NCBI RefSeq assembly: GCF_032444005.1
Contig: NC_091288.1
Coordinates: 217,434,001 to 217,498,000, forward strand
DNA: 64,000 nt
Reading direction: 5' to 3'
From: Ranitomeya imitator
Lineage: Eukaryota
Part shown: piece after piece, positions 15,991 to 37,800 of the stretch
Layout: every line of letters starts with the position of its first letter
Position numbering within the stretch: position 1 is the stretch's first letter
The notes under the pieces: model-generated
What the model saw: the letters and a program-made list of their open reading frames with translations, nothing else
What the model was told of the DNA's origin: nothing
Database searches by the model: none
Made by a program: the position numbers and the translations under genes

Positions 15991-17108
15991 GTGTATCTAA
16001 TCCTCTCCTGTGTGATACTGACTGCTGAGCCGTGTATCTAATCCTATCCTGTGTGATACTGACTGCTGAGCCGTGTATCTAATCCTCTCCTGTGTGATAC
16101 TGACTGCTGAGCTGTGTATCTAATCCTATCCTGTGTGATACTGACTGCTGAGCCGTGTATCTAATCCTATCCTGTGTGATACTGACTGCTGAGCCGTGTA
16201 TCTAATCCTCTCCTGTGTGATACTGACTGCTGAGCCGTGTATCTAATCCTATCCTGTGTGATACTGACTGCTGAGCCGTGTAGCTAATCCTATCCTGTGT
16301 GATACTGACTGCTGAGCCGTGCATCTAATCCTCTCCTGTGTGATACTGACTGCTGAGCCGTGTATCTAATCCTCTCCTGTGTGATACTGTCTGCTGAGCC
16401 GTGTATCTAATCCTCTCCTGTGTGATACTGACTGCTGAGCTGTGTATCTAATCCTATCCTGTGTGATACTGACTGCTGAGCCGTGTATCTAATCCTCTCC
16501 TGTGTGATACTGACTGCTAAGCCGTGTATCTAATCCTATCCTGTGTGATACTGACTGCTGACCCGTGTATCTAATCCTATCCTGTGTGATACTGACTGCT
16601 GAGCCGTGTATCTAATCCTCTCCTGTGTGATACTGACTGCTGAGCTGTGTATCTAATCCTATCCTGTGTGATACTGACTGCTGACCCGTGTATCTAATCC
16701 TATCCTGTGTGATACTGACTGCTGAGCCGTGTATCTAATCCTATCCTGTGTGATACTGACTGCTGAGCCGTGTATCTAATCCTCTCCTGTGTGATACTGA
16801 CTGCTGAGCCATGTATCTAATCCTATCCTATGTGATACTGACTGCTGAGCTGTGTATCTAATCCTATCCTGTGTGATACTGACTGCTGAGCCATGTATCT
16901 AATCCTATCCTATGTGATACTGACTGCTGAGCTGTGTATCTAATCCTATCCTGTGTGATACTGACTGCTGAGCCGTGTATCTAATCCTATCCTGTGTGAT
17001 ACTGACTGCTGAGCTGTGTATCTAATCCTATCCTGTGTGATACTGTCTGCTGAGCCGTGTATCTAATCCTATCCTGTGTGATACTGACTGCTGAGCTGTG
17101 TATCTAAT
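15991..17108. repeat. 41-bp satellite family A, ~27 copies
   Basis: Unit TGTATCTAATCCT(A/C)TCCTGTGTGATACTGACTGCTGAGCCG; same family as 34824-42545. Confidence 0.98.
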
Positions 17109-17597
17109 CAGGAATATGTTGCCACCATATACTGGAGTAAAATAGGAGTGGTAGTGATCGAGCTTTTGGGATTCAGTTTCCTTCGTGTGCAATAATTCGT
17201 CTGTACCAGAAGGTGGCGCCACATGTATGATATCATCCAGGACAATAAGTCGCTCATTCTATAACTTTCCACTTTCTTCTGCACTTCTAGTTGTGGCGCC
17301 ACTCCAGCTTTTTTTTTTGTTTGTTATTTTTCAGCACTGGAGTGGCGCTTTAAATGTAACCCCGGTCATATACTCACCCTCTGGCATTTCACCATATGTG
17401 GCGCCGGTCCAGTCGCACTATGCCATCTTGTGAGCGCAGCACCTGATTGGCCAGAAGTCAGAACTTTGTCACGAGCGCTCGATGTGACTCCGGGAGCCGG
17501 AACCAAGCCACTGACAGATCACAGCGAGCAGGAGGTGAGTGTCAGACAGCGGACAGAGAACATGGACAAATGCTGGACCAACATACTGACATAGGGA

Positions 17598-19235
17598 GTG
17601 CAGCTCTGGAGTATAATACAGGATGTAACTCAGGATCAGTAATGTAATGTATGTACACAGTGACTGCACCAGCAGAATAGTGAGTGCAGCTCTGGAGTAT
17701 AATACAGGAGGTAACTCAGGATCAGTAATGTAATGTATGTACACAGTGACTGCACCAGCAGAATAGTGAGTGCAGCTCTGGGGTATAATACAGGATGTAA
17801 CTCAGGATCAGTAATGTAATGTATGTACACAGTGACTGCACCAGCAGAATAGTGAGTGCAGCTCTGGGGTATAATACAGGAGGTAACTCAGGATCAGTAA
17901 TGTAATGTATGTACACAGTGACTGCACCAGCAGAATAGTGAGTGCAGCTCTGGAGTATAATACAGGATGTAACTCAGGATCAGTAATGTATGTACACAGT
18001 GACTGCACCAGCGGAATAGTGAGTGCAGCTCTGGAGTACAATACAGGATGTAACTCATGATCAGTAATGTAATGTATGTACACAGTGACTGCACCAGCAG
18101 AATAGTGAGTGCAGCTCTGGAGTATAATACAGGATGTAACTCAGGATCAGTAATGTAATGTATGTACACAGTGACTGCACCAGCAGAATAGTGAGTGCAG
18201 CTCTGGAGTATAATACAGGATGTAACTCAGGATCAGTAATGTAATGTATGTACACAGTGACTGCACCAGCAGAATAGTGAGTGCAGCTCTGGAGTATAAT
18301 ACAGGATGTAACTCAGGATCAGTAATGTAATGTATGTACACAGTGACTGCAGCAGCAGAATAGTGAGTGCAGCTCTGGAGTATAATACAGGATGTAACTC
18401 AGGATCAGTAATGTAATGTATGTACACAGTGACTGCACCAGCAGAATAGTGAGTGCAGCTCTGGAGTATAATACAGGATGTAACTCAGGATCAGTAATGT
18501 ATGTACACAGTGACTGCACCAGCAGAATAGTGAGTGCAGCTCTGGAGTACAATACAGGATGTAACTCAGGATCAGTAATGTAATGTATGTACACAGTGAC
18601 TGCACCAGCAGAATAGTGAGTGCAGCTCTGGGGTATAATCAGGATGTAACTCAGGATCAGTAATGTAATGTATGTACACAGTGACTGCACCAGCAGAATA
18701 GTGAGTGCAGCTCTGGGGTATAATACAGGAGGTAACTCAGGATCAGTAATGTAATGTATGTACACAGTGACTGCACCAGCAGAATAGTGAGTGCAGCTCT
18801 GGGGTATAATACAGGATGTAACTCAGGATCAGTAATGTAATGTATGTACACAGTGACTGCACCAGCAGAATAGTGAGCGCAGCTCTGGGGTATAATACAG
18901 GATGTAACTCAGGATCAGTAATGTAATGTATGTACACAGTGACTGCACCAGCAGAATAGTGAGTGCAGCTCTGGAGTATAATACAGGATGTAACTCAGGA
19001 TCAGTAATGTATGTACACAGTGACTGCACCAGCAGAATAGTGAGTGCAGCTCTGGGGTATAATACAGGATGTAACTCAGGATCAGTAATGTAATGTATGT
19101 ACACAGAGACTGCACCAGCAGAATAGTGAGTGCAGCTCTGGAGTATAATACAGGATGTAACTCAGGATCAGTAATGTAATGTATGTGCACAGTGACTGCA
19201 CCAGCCGAATAGAGAGTGCAGCTCTGGAGTATAAT
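17598..19235. repeat. 86-bp tandem repeat, ~19 copies (some 81-bp variants)
   Basis: Unit GAGTGCAGCTCTGGAGTATAATACAGGATGTAACTCAGGATCAGTAATGTAATGTATGTACACAGTGACTGCACCAGCAGAATAGT. Confidence 0.97.
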
Positions 19236-19614
19236 GCAGGCTACATTACAGAATGATTACTGTATAAATGTGGTGGGGTTCACTATATACTGATGGGTGG
19301 GGTGCTATAATTTTAGTTTTGGACCCCGAGGCCTTCGCTTTGCTCCCTGTGAATACCCCCTTTGTATCCGCAGTGTCTCGTGAATTCGGCAGCGCTCCTT
19401 GGTTCCGTCAGTCTGTTACTGACCTTTTCCCATCCTCGGTGGCAGATTCTCGGTTCCCTCCAGCGTTTCGGCTTCGCTCCTGGACACAGGTCAGTGCCGC
19501 GTCCTCGATATGTGATTGTCACCTTTGCAGGACTTTGCGCCTCAGTGACGGTGTTGATGGATGACGGCTGTCGGATTATGTCCTGGTCGTTGATTTCTGC
19601 TCTCTCCGCCCAGG

Positions 19615-25439
<5,825 letters not shown>

Positions 25440-25817
25440 CTGATTGTATCCGGACGTTACCTTATCTATATGTAATATATACTGTATGTAATATAGTATG
25501 TGAAACGAAGGTCTCTGCTGACTCTTTTATAACTGGACTTAGGGCGGTCATTTCATTGGCTCTGCTCCATGACGTTATCTTTAAGTTGTTCCTGCCGTTT
25601 CCTTACTTCCATGGACTTTTGCACCTTCCTTTTAGTCTTTCGTAGTTTAGTATTTCGGGTGATGTCAGATGCAGGAGTCTCCAAGCCATGGAAGATCTCT
25701 CCCTCAGACCAAGATCCTGGAGGGCACCTCACGAGACATAAGTGTCCTTCAGGGCAAAGGTCATTGCCAAGAAATGTTTCCTCCATATTCCATGCCCGTG
25801 TTCAGGGCAAACACCCC

Positions 25818-28800
25818 TGTTAAGATGACCACTGGCCCCAGGAAATGTGTAAGGATTTGGACTGTACATCTGTTCATGTCTGCTGTTGCCCTCAGTTCAG
25901 TTACCTAAGATGGAGTCACTGGCCTCACGGGGGCCATTTTGCTTCCTGTCAGACTTTCCCTGTTCCTGTCTGTGGTGTATATAAGGGAGCTCTGTACATT
26001 ACTCATTGCTTGAGTATCTTGTTCCTGGACTTGTGATCAAGCTGGAAGAACTGCTATCTTGCTGGTTCTTTGTTACCTTGGGATACCCCGTCTGTCTCCG
26101 GATCTACATCTCTTCATCGTAAGACTTGTTTCCCTGCATCTGCTCTGCACTCCTCTCTGCTGCTGGACTGTTCCCTGCTAGGAGGCCTGGCCTGGTCTCC
26201 AGGTCTCTGGACCTGACATACTTGGACTTCCACGGTCTGTACACGTGCTTACTGCTTATCCAGCTCTGTCTGCTACTAACCTGCTACTAACCTTTTCTCA
26301 TACCCCAAGATCGGACAACAGAGCAGGTGGAGGCGTTGGTCTGCTCCTTTCACCAAAATGTACTTTCCAAGTTATCCCCCAAGTACCCTCACTTGTCTTC
26401 CCTTCCTTTGAGGTCCATGTGGTCAGACTCTACGTCCCCTTCTCCATGCGAGTGGTGGTGGTGTATCGTCCTCCCGGCCCCTCTCATCAGTTCCTGGATC
26501 ACTTTGCCACCTGGCTTCCACACTTTCTTTCCTGTGACACCCCCACCCTTATCATGGGTGATTTCAACATCCCTATTGCCTCTCCCCTCTCCCCATCTGC
26601 TTCTCACCTTTTGGCTCTAACCTCCTCTTTCGGCCTCTCGCAGCATACTAACTCGCCAACACATGAAGATGGAAACTCCCTTGACTTGGTCTTCTCCCGG
26701 CTTTGCTCAGTGGATGATTTCACAAACTCCCCTCTCCCGCTCTCTGACCACAACCTTCTTTCATTCTCTATCAAGAACTGCCTTCCCGCTCAGGTCACCC
26801 CCACTTTCCACACTTATAGAAACATACAGGCCATTAACACCCAGGAACTTATGAAGAACTTGCAGTCCTCATTGGCCCCAATCTCCTCCATCTCATGTCC
26901 TGATTCTGCTCTGAAGCATTACAATGAAACCCTGCAAAGTGCCCTGGATGAAGCTGCTCCTCCTATACATAAAACAACTCGGCACAGACGGCAACAACCG
27001 TGGCACACGCTGCAAACACGTTTCCTGCAGCGGTGCTCCAGGTGCGCAGAACGTCTGTGGAGAAAATCTAATCTACCCGAAGATTTCATCCATTATAAGT
27101 TCATGCTAAAGACATACAATTCTGCCCTTCACCTCTCCAAACAAACCTACTTCAACACCCTCATCACCTCCCTGTCCAATAACCCTAAACGTCTCTTTGA
27201 CACGTTCCAGTCCCTACTCAACCCAAGAGCGCAGGCCCCAACCACGGATCTCCGTGCTGACAATCTGGCCAATTACTTCAAAGAAAAAATTGACCATATT
27301 CGACAGGAAATCATCTCCCAATCTCTTCATACCATGCACTGTCCTCCCTCCCCCACTGCATCTAGTTCACTCTCTGACTTTGAACCAGTTACAGAAGAAG
27401 AAGTAAGCAGGCTCCTTGCATCTTCTCGCCCGACCACTTGCACCAGTGACCCCATTCCGTCACATTTCCTCCAGTCCCTTTCCCCGGCTGTCACCTCTCA
27501 CCTAACAAAAATATTCAACCTTTCCCTCACTTCCGGTATTTTTCCCTCCTCATTTAAGCATGCCATCATACATCCATTACTTAAAAAACCATCCCTCGAC
27601 CAAAACTGTGCCGCTAATTATAGACCTGTCTCTAATCTTCCCTTCATCTCTAAACTCCTCGAACGCCTGGTCCACTCCCGTCTTACCCGCTATCTCTCAG
27701 ATAACTCTCTTCTCGACCCTCTTCAATCTGGTTTCCGCTCTTTACACTCTACTGAAACTGCCCTCACTAAAGTCTCTAATGACCTACTAACAGCTAAATC
27801 TAATGGTCACTACTCCATGCTAATTCTCTTGGATCTCTCTGCAGCATTTGATACTGTGGATCATCAGCTCCTCCTCACTATGCTCCGCTCCATCGGCCTC
27901 AAGGACACCGTTCTCTCCTGGTTCTCCTCCTATCTCTCTGACCGATCCTTCACTGTATGTTTCGCTGGTTCCTCCTCCTCTCACCTTCCCCTTACTGTTG
28001 GGGTTCCTCAAGGATCAGTCCTAGGCCCCCTCCTCTTCTCTTTGTATACTGCCCCTATTGGACAAACAATCAGTAGATTTGGCTTCCAGTACCATCTCTA
28101 TGCTGACGACACCCAACTATACACTTCTTCTCCTGATCTCACGCCTGCCTTATTAGAAAACAACAGTGATTGTCTTACCGCTGTCTCTAGCATCATGTCC
28201 TCCCTCTATCTGAAACTAAACCTGTCAAAAACTGAACTCCTCGTGTTTTCTCCCTCTACTAACCTACCTTTGCCTGACATTGCCATCTCCGTTTGCGGTT
28301 CCACCATTACTCCAAAGCAACATGCCCGCTGCCTTGGGGTCATCCTTGATTCTGACCTTTCATTCACCCCCCACATCCGATCACTGGCTCGCTCTTCTTA
28401 CCTGCATCTCAAAAACATTTCTAGAATTCGCCCTTTTCTTACTTTCGACTCTGCAAAAACTCTTACTGTTTCACTTATTCATTCTCGTCTGGACTATTGT
28501 AACTCTCTACTAATCGGCCTCCCTCTTACCAAACTCTCCCCACTCCAATCTGTCCTGAATGCTGCTGCCAGGATCATATTCCTCACCAACCGTTACACCG
28601 ATGCCTCTACCTTGTGCCAGTCATTACACTGGTTACCCATCCACTCAAGAATCCAGTACAAAACTACTACCCTCATCCACAAAGCACTCCATGGCTCAGC
28701 ACCACCCTACATCTCCTCTCTGGTCTCAGTCTACCACCCTACCCGTGCCCTCCGCTCCGCTGATGACCTCAGGTTAGCATCCTCAATAATCAGAACCTCC

Positions 28801-29526
28801 CACTCCCGTCTCCAAGACTTTACACGTGCTGCGCCGATTCTTTGGAATGCACTACCTAGGATAATACGATTAATCCCCAATCCCCACAGTTTTAAGCGTG
28901 CCCTAAAAACTCATTTGTTCAGACTGGCCTACCGCCTCAATGCATTAACCTAACGATCCCTGTGTGGCCTATATTAAAAAAAAAAAAAATTAATTAACTG
29001 GTTCATGCAGCTTTACACGAACACCCAAGCCTTACACTATGGCTGGTCCGAATAACTATAGCAATTGTTACCATCCACCTCTCGTGTCTCCCCTTTTCCT
29101 CATAGTTTGTAGCTTGCGAGCAGGGCCCTCACTCCTCTTGGTATCTGTTTTGAACTGTATTTCTGTTATGCTGTAATGTCTATTGTCTGTACAAGTCCCC
29201 TCTATAATTTGTAAAGCGCTGCGGAATATGTTGGCGCTATATAAATAAAAATTATTATTATTATTATTATTATTAACCTGCGGTGTCATAGCTGTTTACC
29301 TGCATACCATCATAAATATTCTTGAACTCTTAACCTGTTGTCTCTCGGCCTCTTTTCTGACCCATGATACTGATCTCCACTGCACTGAGCACTAAATTTA
29401 TAACAAAATGACTGACAGGCCTCGGGGCAGCCTGGGGCTCTTCTCTGGGTCACTGGGACCCAATATGGATCTGGCTCAGGTTTGGGGCTACCAAGTCATA
29501 CGAACCCTCAGTATCCCGGTCTAACA
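25818..29526 (+). mobile_element. Candidate solo LTR (~720 bp net) split by the second LINE
   Basis: TGTTA at 25818 and TAACA ending at 29526; TATATAA near 25977; flanks CCCC vs CCTC give only an imperfect TSD. Confidence 0.35.
26294..29273 (+). mobile_element. Second L2-clade LINE, 5'-truncated inside the endonuclease, RT intact
   Basis: TSD TAACCT (26288-26293, 29274-29279); (ATT)n tail from 29251; open frame to 28953 with [24 protein letters not shown] subfamily distinct from the first LINE. Confidence 0.95.
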
Positions 29527-29629
29527 CCTCATGCAGTTAGTCCACACTCCCAAATTGGCACCAAAAAGCCTTTTTATATGGCTGCCCACCACCCCTTCTA
29601 TCAGAATGGTGACTCAACATAATGATAAC

Positions 29630-30236
29630 AGTGTGATGCAGCAGCAAAAAGGGCAAATACAATTCTGGGATGTATTAACAGAAGCATACAGTCAAGATCA
29701 CGAGAAGTCATTATTGCCCTCTACTCCTCTTTGGTCAGGACTCATCTGGATACTGTGTCCAGAATTGGGCAACACATTATAAAAAAGAAATCAACAAATT
29801 GGAGCAAGTTCAGAGAAGAAAGACCAGAATGGTGACCGGTCTGCAAACCAGGTCCTATGAGGAACGTTTACAGGATTTCGGAATGTTTAGCAGCAAAAAA
29901 GAAGACGGAGAAGAGACTTAATAGCTGTTTACAAATATCTGAAGGGCTGTCACAGTGTAGAAGGATCAGCTTTATTCTCATTTGCACATGGAAACAGGAG
30001 AAGGAATGGGATGAAACTGAATGGGAGGAGACAAAGATTAGATATTAGAAAACACTTTTTGACAGTGAGGACGATCAATGAGTGGAACAGGCGAGAGGTG
30101 GTGAGTTCTCCTTCAATGGAAGTCTTCACACAGAGGCAGGACAGACATCTGTCTGGGATGATTTAGTGACTCCTGCTTTGAGCAGGGGGCTGGACCAGAT
30201 GACCCAGGAGGTCCCTTCCAACTCTATCATTCTATG
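29630..30236 (+). mobile_element. CR1 LINE 3' fragment, degenerate
   Basis: Broken frame AAKRANTILGCINRSIQSRSREVIIALYSSLVR... and a CR1-type 3' end GGTCCCTTCCAACTCTATCATTCTATG. Confidence 0.85.
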
Positions 30237-30432
30237 TCAGTACCATTTATCCCCAGCATAGGCCGGCTCCTCATGGACTAGCCAAGTCTCGTCTGTAACC
30301 TGTCCTCCAAGAGTCTCTGATTCCATCATCCAGTCATTGCTTCAAATATGAACCGAGACCCATGACATAGATAACCTGCCACCTCGACAACCTGCCTACT
30401 AGCTGGATGACTGAGGAATTAGACATTCTGTT

Positions 30433-31202
30433 ACCTAGACAACCGGCAAAGTAAATGATCCATCACCTAGACAACCAGCATAGTAAATGATCCATCACCT
30501 AGACAACTAGCAAAGAAAATGATCCATCACCTAGACAACCGGCAAAGTAAATAATCCATCACCTAGACAACCGGCAAAGTGAATGATCCATCACCTAGAC
30601 AACCGGCAAAGTAAATAATCCATCACCTAGACAACCGGCAAAATAAATGATCCATCACCTAGACAACCGGCAAAGTAAATAATCCATCACCTAGACAACC
30701 GGCAAAGTAAATAATCCATCACCTAGACAACCGGCAAAGTGAATGATCCATCACCTAGACAACCGGCAAAGTAAATAATCCATCACCTAGACAACCGGCA
30801 AAGTAAATGATCCATCACCTAGACAATCGGCAAAGTAAATGATCCATCACCTAGACAACTAGCAAAGTAAATGATCCATCACCTAGACAACCGGCAAAGT
30901 AAATGATCCATCACCTAGACAACCGGCAAAGAAAATGATCCATCACCTAGACAACTGGCAAAGTAAATAATCCATCACCTTGACAACCGGCAAAGACAAT
31001 GATCCATCACCTAGACAACCGGCAAAGTAAATGATCCATCACCTAGACAACCGGCAAAGAAAATGATCCATCACCTAGACAACAGGCAAAGTAAATGATC
31101 CATCACCTAGACAACCGGCAAAGTAAATGATCCATCACCTAGACAACCGGCAAAGTAAATGATCCATCACCTAGACAACTGGCAAAGTAAATGATCCATC
31201 AC
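30433..31202. repeat. 32-bp tandem repeat, ~24 copies
   Basis: Unit TGATCCATCACCTAGACAACCGGCAAAGTAAA; decays into degenerate copies up to ~31350. Confidence 0.96.
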
Positions 31203-31906
31203 CGAGATTTGTCACAGGTCGTTAATCACTTATACAACCTGTTACCTCCGTGAACCATCACCTAGATGATCTGCCAACTACATGACCCACCACCTAGATG
31301 ACCGTCACCTCAACAGCCTGTTAGCTACACGAGCTGTAACCTAGACAAACCACAAATAAAACCCAAATAATCCTACAATGTATACAAGAAAGTCCTTTAG
31401 TCAATCATTGAATGAGAAAGGTTTATGATTAACCCGCCGCTCACATGATCCAGTAGCCATTATTTTCTCTGTCGGAGTGCAGGTACGTCACCCTCAGAGC
31501 TGCATTTATACTTCTGCTGTTCTTCTATCGCCAGGGAGCAGAGCATGGTGGGATGTCATGTGATGTCACAAGCTCGTTTGTGAGGTTTAGATAAAGCTTA
31601 GACATACGCCAACATTTTTAATGCAGATTTGGATGTGAGTGGAGTGTACAATATGGTCCACAATGGAGGTTGGTGTGTGGAGGGGAATAATCTCATCGGA
31701 GGCACGACATGTCCCTTTAATTGGCAAGTGCAGGACTTCACAGGCCAGCGAGTCCAGACTTGAGGGTCACGTGGGGAAATCTCTATTATTTAGGCTGCGA
31801 CGCTCCCTAGAAACCATCTGAAGAGGAATTCCTGCCGATGTCTTTCCGCTTTCACCACATTTGAATTTCTCCGTATTTCACCGACGGCTCGTCCGGCGCC
31901 GTCCTC

Positions 31907-34576
<2,670 letters not shown>

Positions 34577-34823
34577 AGATTCCGTCAGCGGGAGCATCGT
34601 CATCGCACTGCCCAATGTGCGCACAGACGGACAGATCTCCGGACACACAGACATTACACAGGAAGGTTTCTGGGACTTGTATAGTAGTGGTCTGATACCG
34701 GCGCTGGTGTTGAACTATAAGTCCCAGCACAGAACGGACACTGCACCCTGTCATAGGAATTATAATCCCACCAAAGACTCCAGAGAAGAGAGACGAGTGC
34801 AGATCCGTCCATTACACCAGGGT

Positions 34824-37800
34824 CTGTGTATCTAATCCTATGTGATACAAACTGTTGAGCTGTATCTAATCTTATCCTGTGTGATACTGCCTGCTGAGCT
34901 GTGTATCTAATCCCATGCAGTGTGATACTCTCTGCTGACCTGTGTATCTAATCCTCTCCTGTGTGATACTGTCTGCTGAGCTGTGTATCTAATCCTATAT
35001 TGTGTGATACTGACTGTTGAGCCATGTATCTAATCCTATCCTGTGTGATAGTGACTGCTGAGCTGTGTATCTAATCCTATCCTGTGTGATACTGACTGCT
35101 GAGCCGTGTATCTAATCCTATATTGTGTGATACTGACTGTTGAGCCGTGTATCTAATCATCTCCTGTGTGATACTGTCTGCTGAGCCGTGTATCTAATCC
35201 TATCCTGTGTGATACTGTCTGCTGAGCAGTGTATCTAATCCTCTCCTGTGTGATACTGACTGCTGAGCCGTTTATCTAATCCTATCCTGTGTGATACTGA
35301 CTGCTGAGTCATGTATCTAATTCTATATTGTGTGATACTGACTGTTGAGCCGTGTATCTAATCCTCTCCTGTGTGATACTGACTGCTGAGCCGTGTATCT
35401 AATCCTATCCTGTGTGATACTGACTGCTGAGCTGTGTATCTAATCCTCTCCTGTGTGATACTGACTGCTGAGCCGTGTATCTTATCCTATCCTGTGTGAT
35501 ACTGACTGCTGAGTCGTGTATCTAATCCCATCCTGTGTGATACTGTCTGCTGAGCCGTGTATCTAATCCTATCCTGTGTGATACTGTCTGCTGAGCCGTG
35601 TATCTAATCCTCTCCTGTGTGATACTGACTGCTGAGCCGTGTATCTAATCCTCTCCTGTGTGATACTGACTGCTGAGCTGTGTATCTAATCCTATCCTGT
35701 GTGATACTGTCTGCTGAGTTGTGTATCTAATCCTCTCCTGTGTGATACTGACTGCTGAGTTGTGTATCTAATCCTCTCCTGTGAGATACTGACTGCTGAG
35801 TTGTGTATCTAATCCTCTCCTGTGAGATACTGTCTGCTGAGTTGTGTATCTAATCCTCTCCTGTGTGATACTGACTGCTGAGTTGTGTATCTAATCCTCT
35901 CCTGTGAGATACTGTCTGCTGAGTTGTGTATCTAATCCTCTCCTGTGTGATACTGACTGCTGAGTTGTGTATCTAATCCTATCCTGTGTGATACTGTCTG
36001 CTGAGTTGTGTATCTAATCCTCTCCTGTGTGATACTGACTGCTGAGCCGTGTATCTAATCCTCTCCTGTGTGATACTGACTGCTGAGCCGTGTATCTAAT
36101 CCTCTCCTGTGTGATACTGACTGCTGAGTTGTGTATCTAATCCTCTCCTGTGTGATACTGTCTGCTCAGCCATGTATCTAATCCTCTCCTGTGTGATACT
36201 GACTGCTGAGCCGTGTATCTAATCCTATCCTGTGTGATACTGACTGCTGAGCAGTGTATCTAATCCTATCCTGTGTGATACTGACTGCTGAGCCGTGTAT
36301 CTAATCCTCTCCTGTGTGATACTGACTGCTGAGCCGTGTATGTAATCCTCTCCTGTGTGATACTGTCTGCTGAGCCGTGTATCTAATCCTATCCTGTGTG
36401 ATACTGACTGCTGAGCCGTGTATCTAATCCTCTCCTGTGTGATACTGTCTGCTGAGTTGTGTATCTAATCCTCTTCTGTGTGATACTGACTGCTGAGCCG
36501 TGTATCTAATCCTATCCTGTGTGATACTGACTGCTGAGTTGTGTATCTAATCCTCTCCTGTGTGATACTGACTGCTGAGCCGTGTATCTAATCCTCTCCT
36601 GTGTGATACTGTCTGCTGAGCCGTGTATCTAATCCTCTCCTGTGTGATACTGACTGCTGAACCGTGTATCTAATCCTATCCTGTGTGATACTGACTGCTG
36701 AGCCGTGTATCTAATCCTCTTCTGTGTGCTACTGACTGCTGAGCTGTGTATCTAATCCTATCCTGTGTGATACTGACTGCTGAGTTGTGTATCTAATCCT
36801 CTCCTGTGTGATACTGACTGCTGAGCCGTGTATCTAATCCTCTCCTGTGTGATACTGACTGCTGAGCCGTGTATCTAATCCTCTCCTGTGTGATACTGTC
36901 TGCTGAGCCGTGTATCTAATCCTCTCCTGTGTGATACTGACTGCTGAGCCGTGTATCTAATCCTCTCCTGTGTGATACTGACTGCTGAGCCGTGTATCTA
37001 ATCCTCTCCTGTGTGATACTGTATGCTGAGCCGTGTATCTAATCCTCTCCTGTGTGATCCTGACTGCTGAGCCGTGTATCTAATCCTATCCTGTGTGATA
37101 CTGACTGCTGAGCCATGTATCTAATCCTCTCCTGTGTGATACTGACTGCTGAGCCGTGTATCTAATCCTCTCCTGTGTGATACTGACTGCTGAGCCGTGT
37201 ATCTAATCCTCTCCTGTGTGATACTGACTGCTGAGCCGTGTATCTAATCCTCTCCTGTGTGATACTGTCTGCTGAGCCGTGTATCTAATCCTCTCCTGTG
37301 TGATACTATCTGCTGAGCCGTGTATCTAATCCTCTCCTGTGTGATACTGTCTGCTGAGCCGTGTATCTAATCCTCTCCTGTGTGATACTGTCTGCTGAGC
37401 CATGTATCTAATCCTATCCTGTGTGATACTGACTGCTGAGCCGTGTATCTAATCCTATCCTGTGTGATACTGTCTGCTGAGCCATGCATCTAATCCTATC
37501 CTGTGTGATACTGACTGCTGATCCGTGTATCTAATCCTCTCCTGTGGGATACTGTCTGCTGAGCTGTGTATCTAATCCTCTCCTGTGGAATACTGTCTGC
37601 TGAGCTGTGTATCTAATCCTATCCTGTGTGATACTGACTGCTGAGCCGTGTATCTAATCCTCTCCTGTGTGATACTGACTGCTGAGCCGTGTATCTAATC
37701 CTCTCCTGTGTGATACTGTCTGCTGAGCTGTGTATCTAATCCTCTCCTGTGTGATACTGACTGCTGAGCCGTGTATCTAATCCTCTCCTGTGTGATACTG

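Noticed and set aside
15991-19235. CRISPR-like appearance of the regular arrays (also 34824-42545, 50879-56077, 56869-64000)
   Set aside because: Units are head-to-tail with no unique spacers, there are no cas genes, and the DNA is eukaryotic.
25553-25786. 77-aa minus-strand ORF with protein-like composition
   Set aside because: No recognisable domain, Kozak context or convincing splice partner; may be a decayed transposon fragment.
26245-26293. N-terminal extension of the 902-aa ORF from a GTG start
   Set aside because: It lies outside the TSD-defined LINE boundary; the track's alternative start is not meaningful for a truncated eukaryotic LINE.
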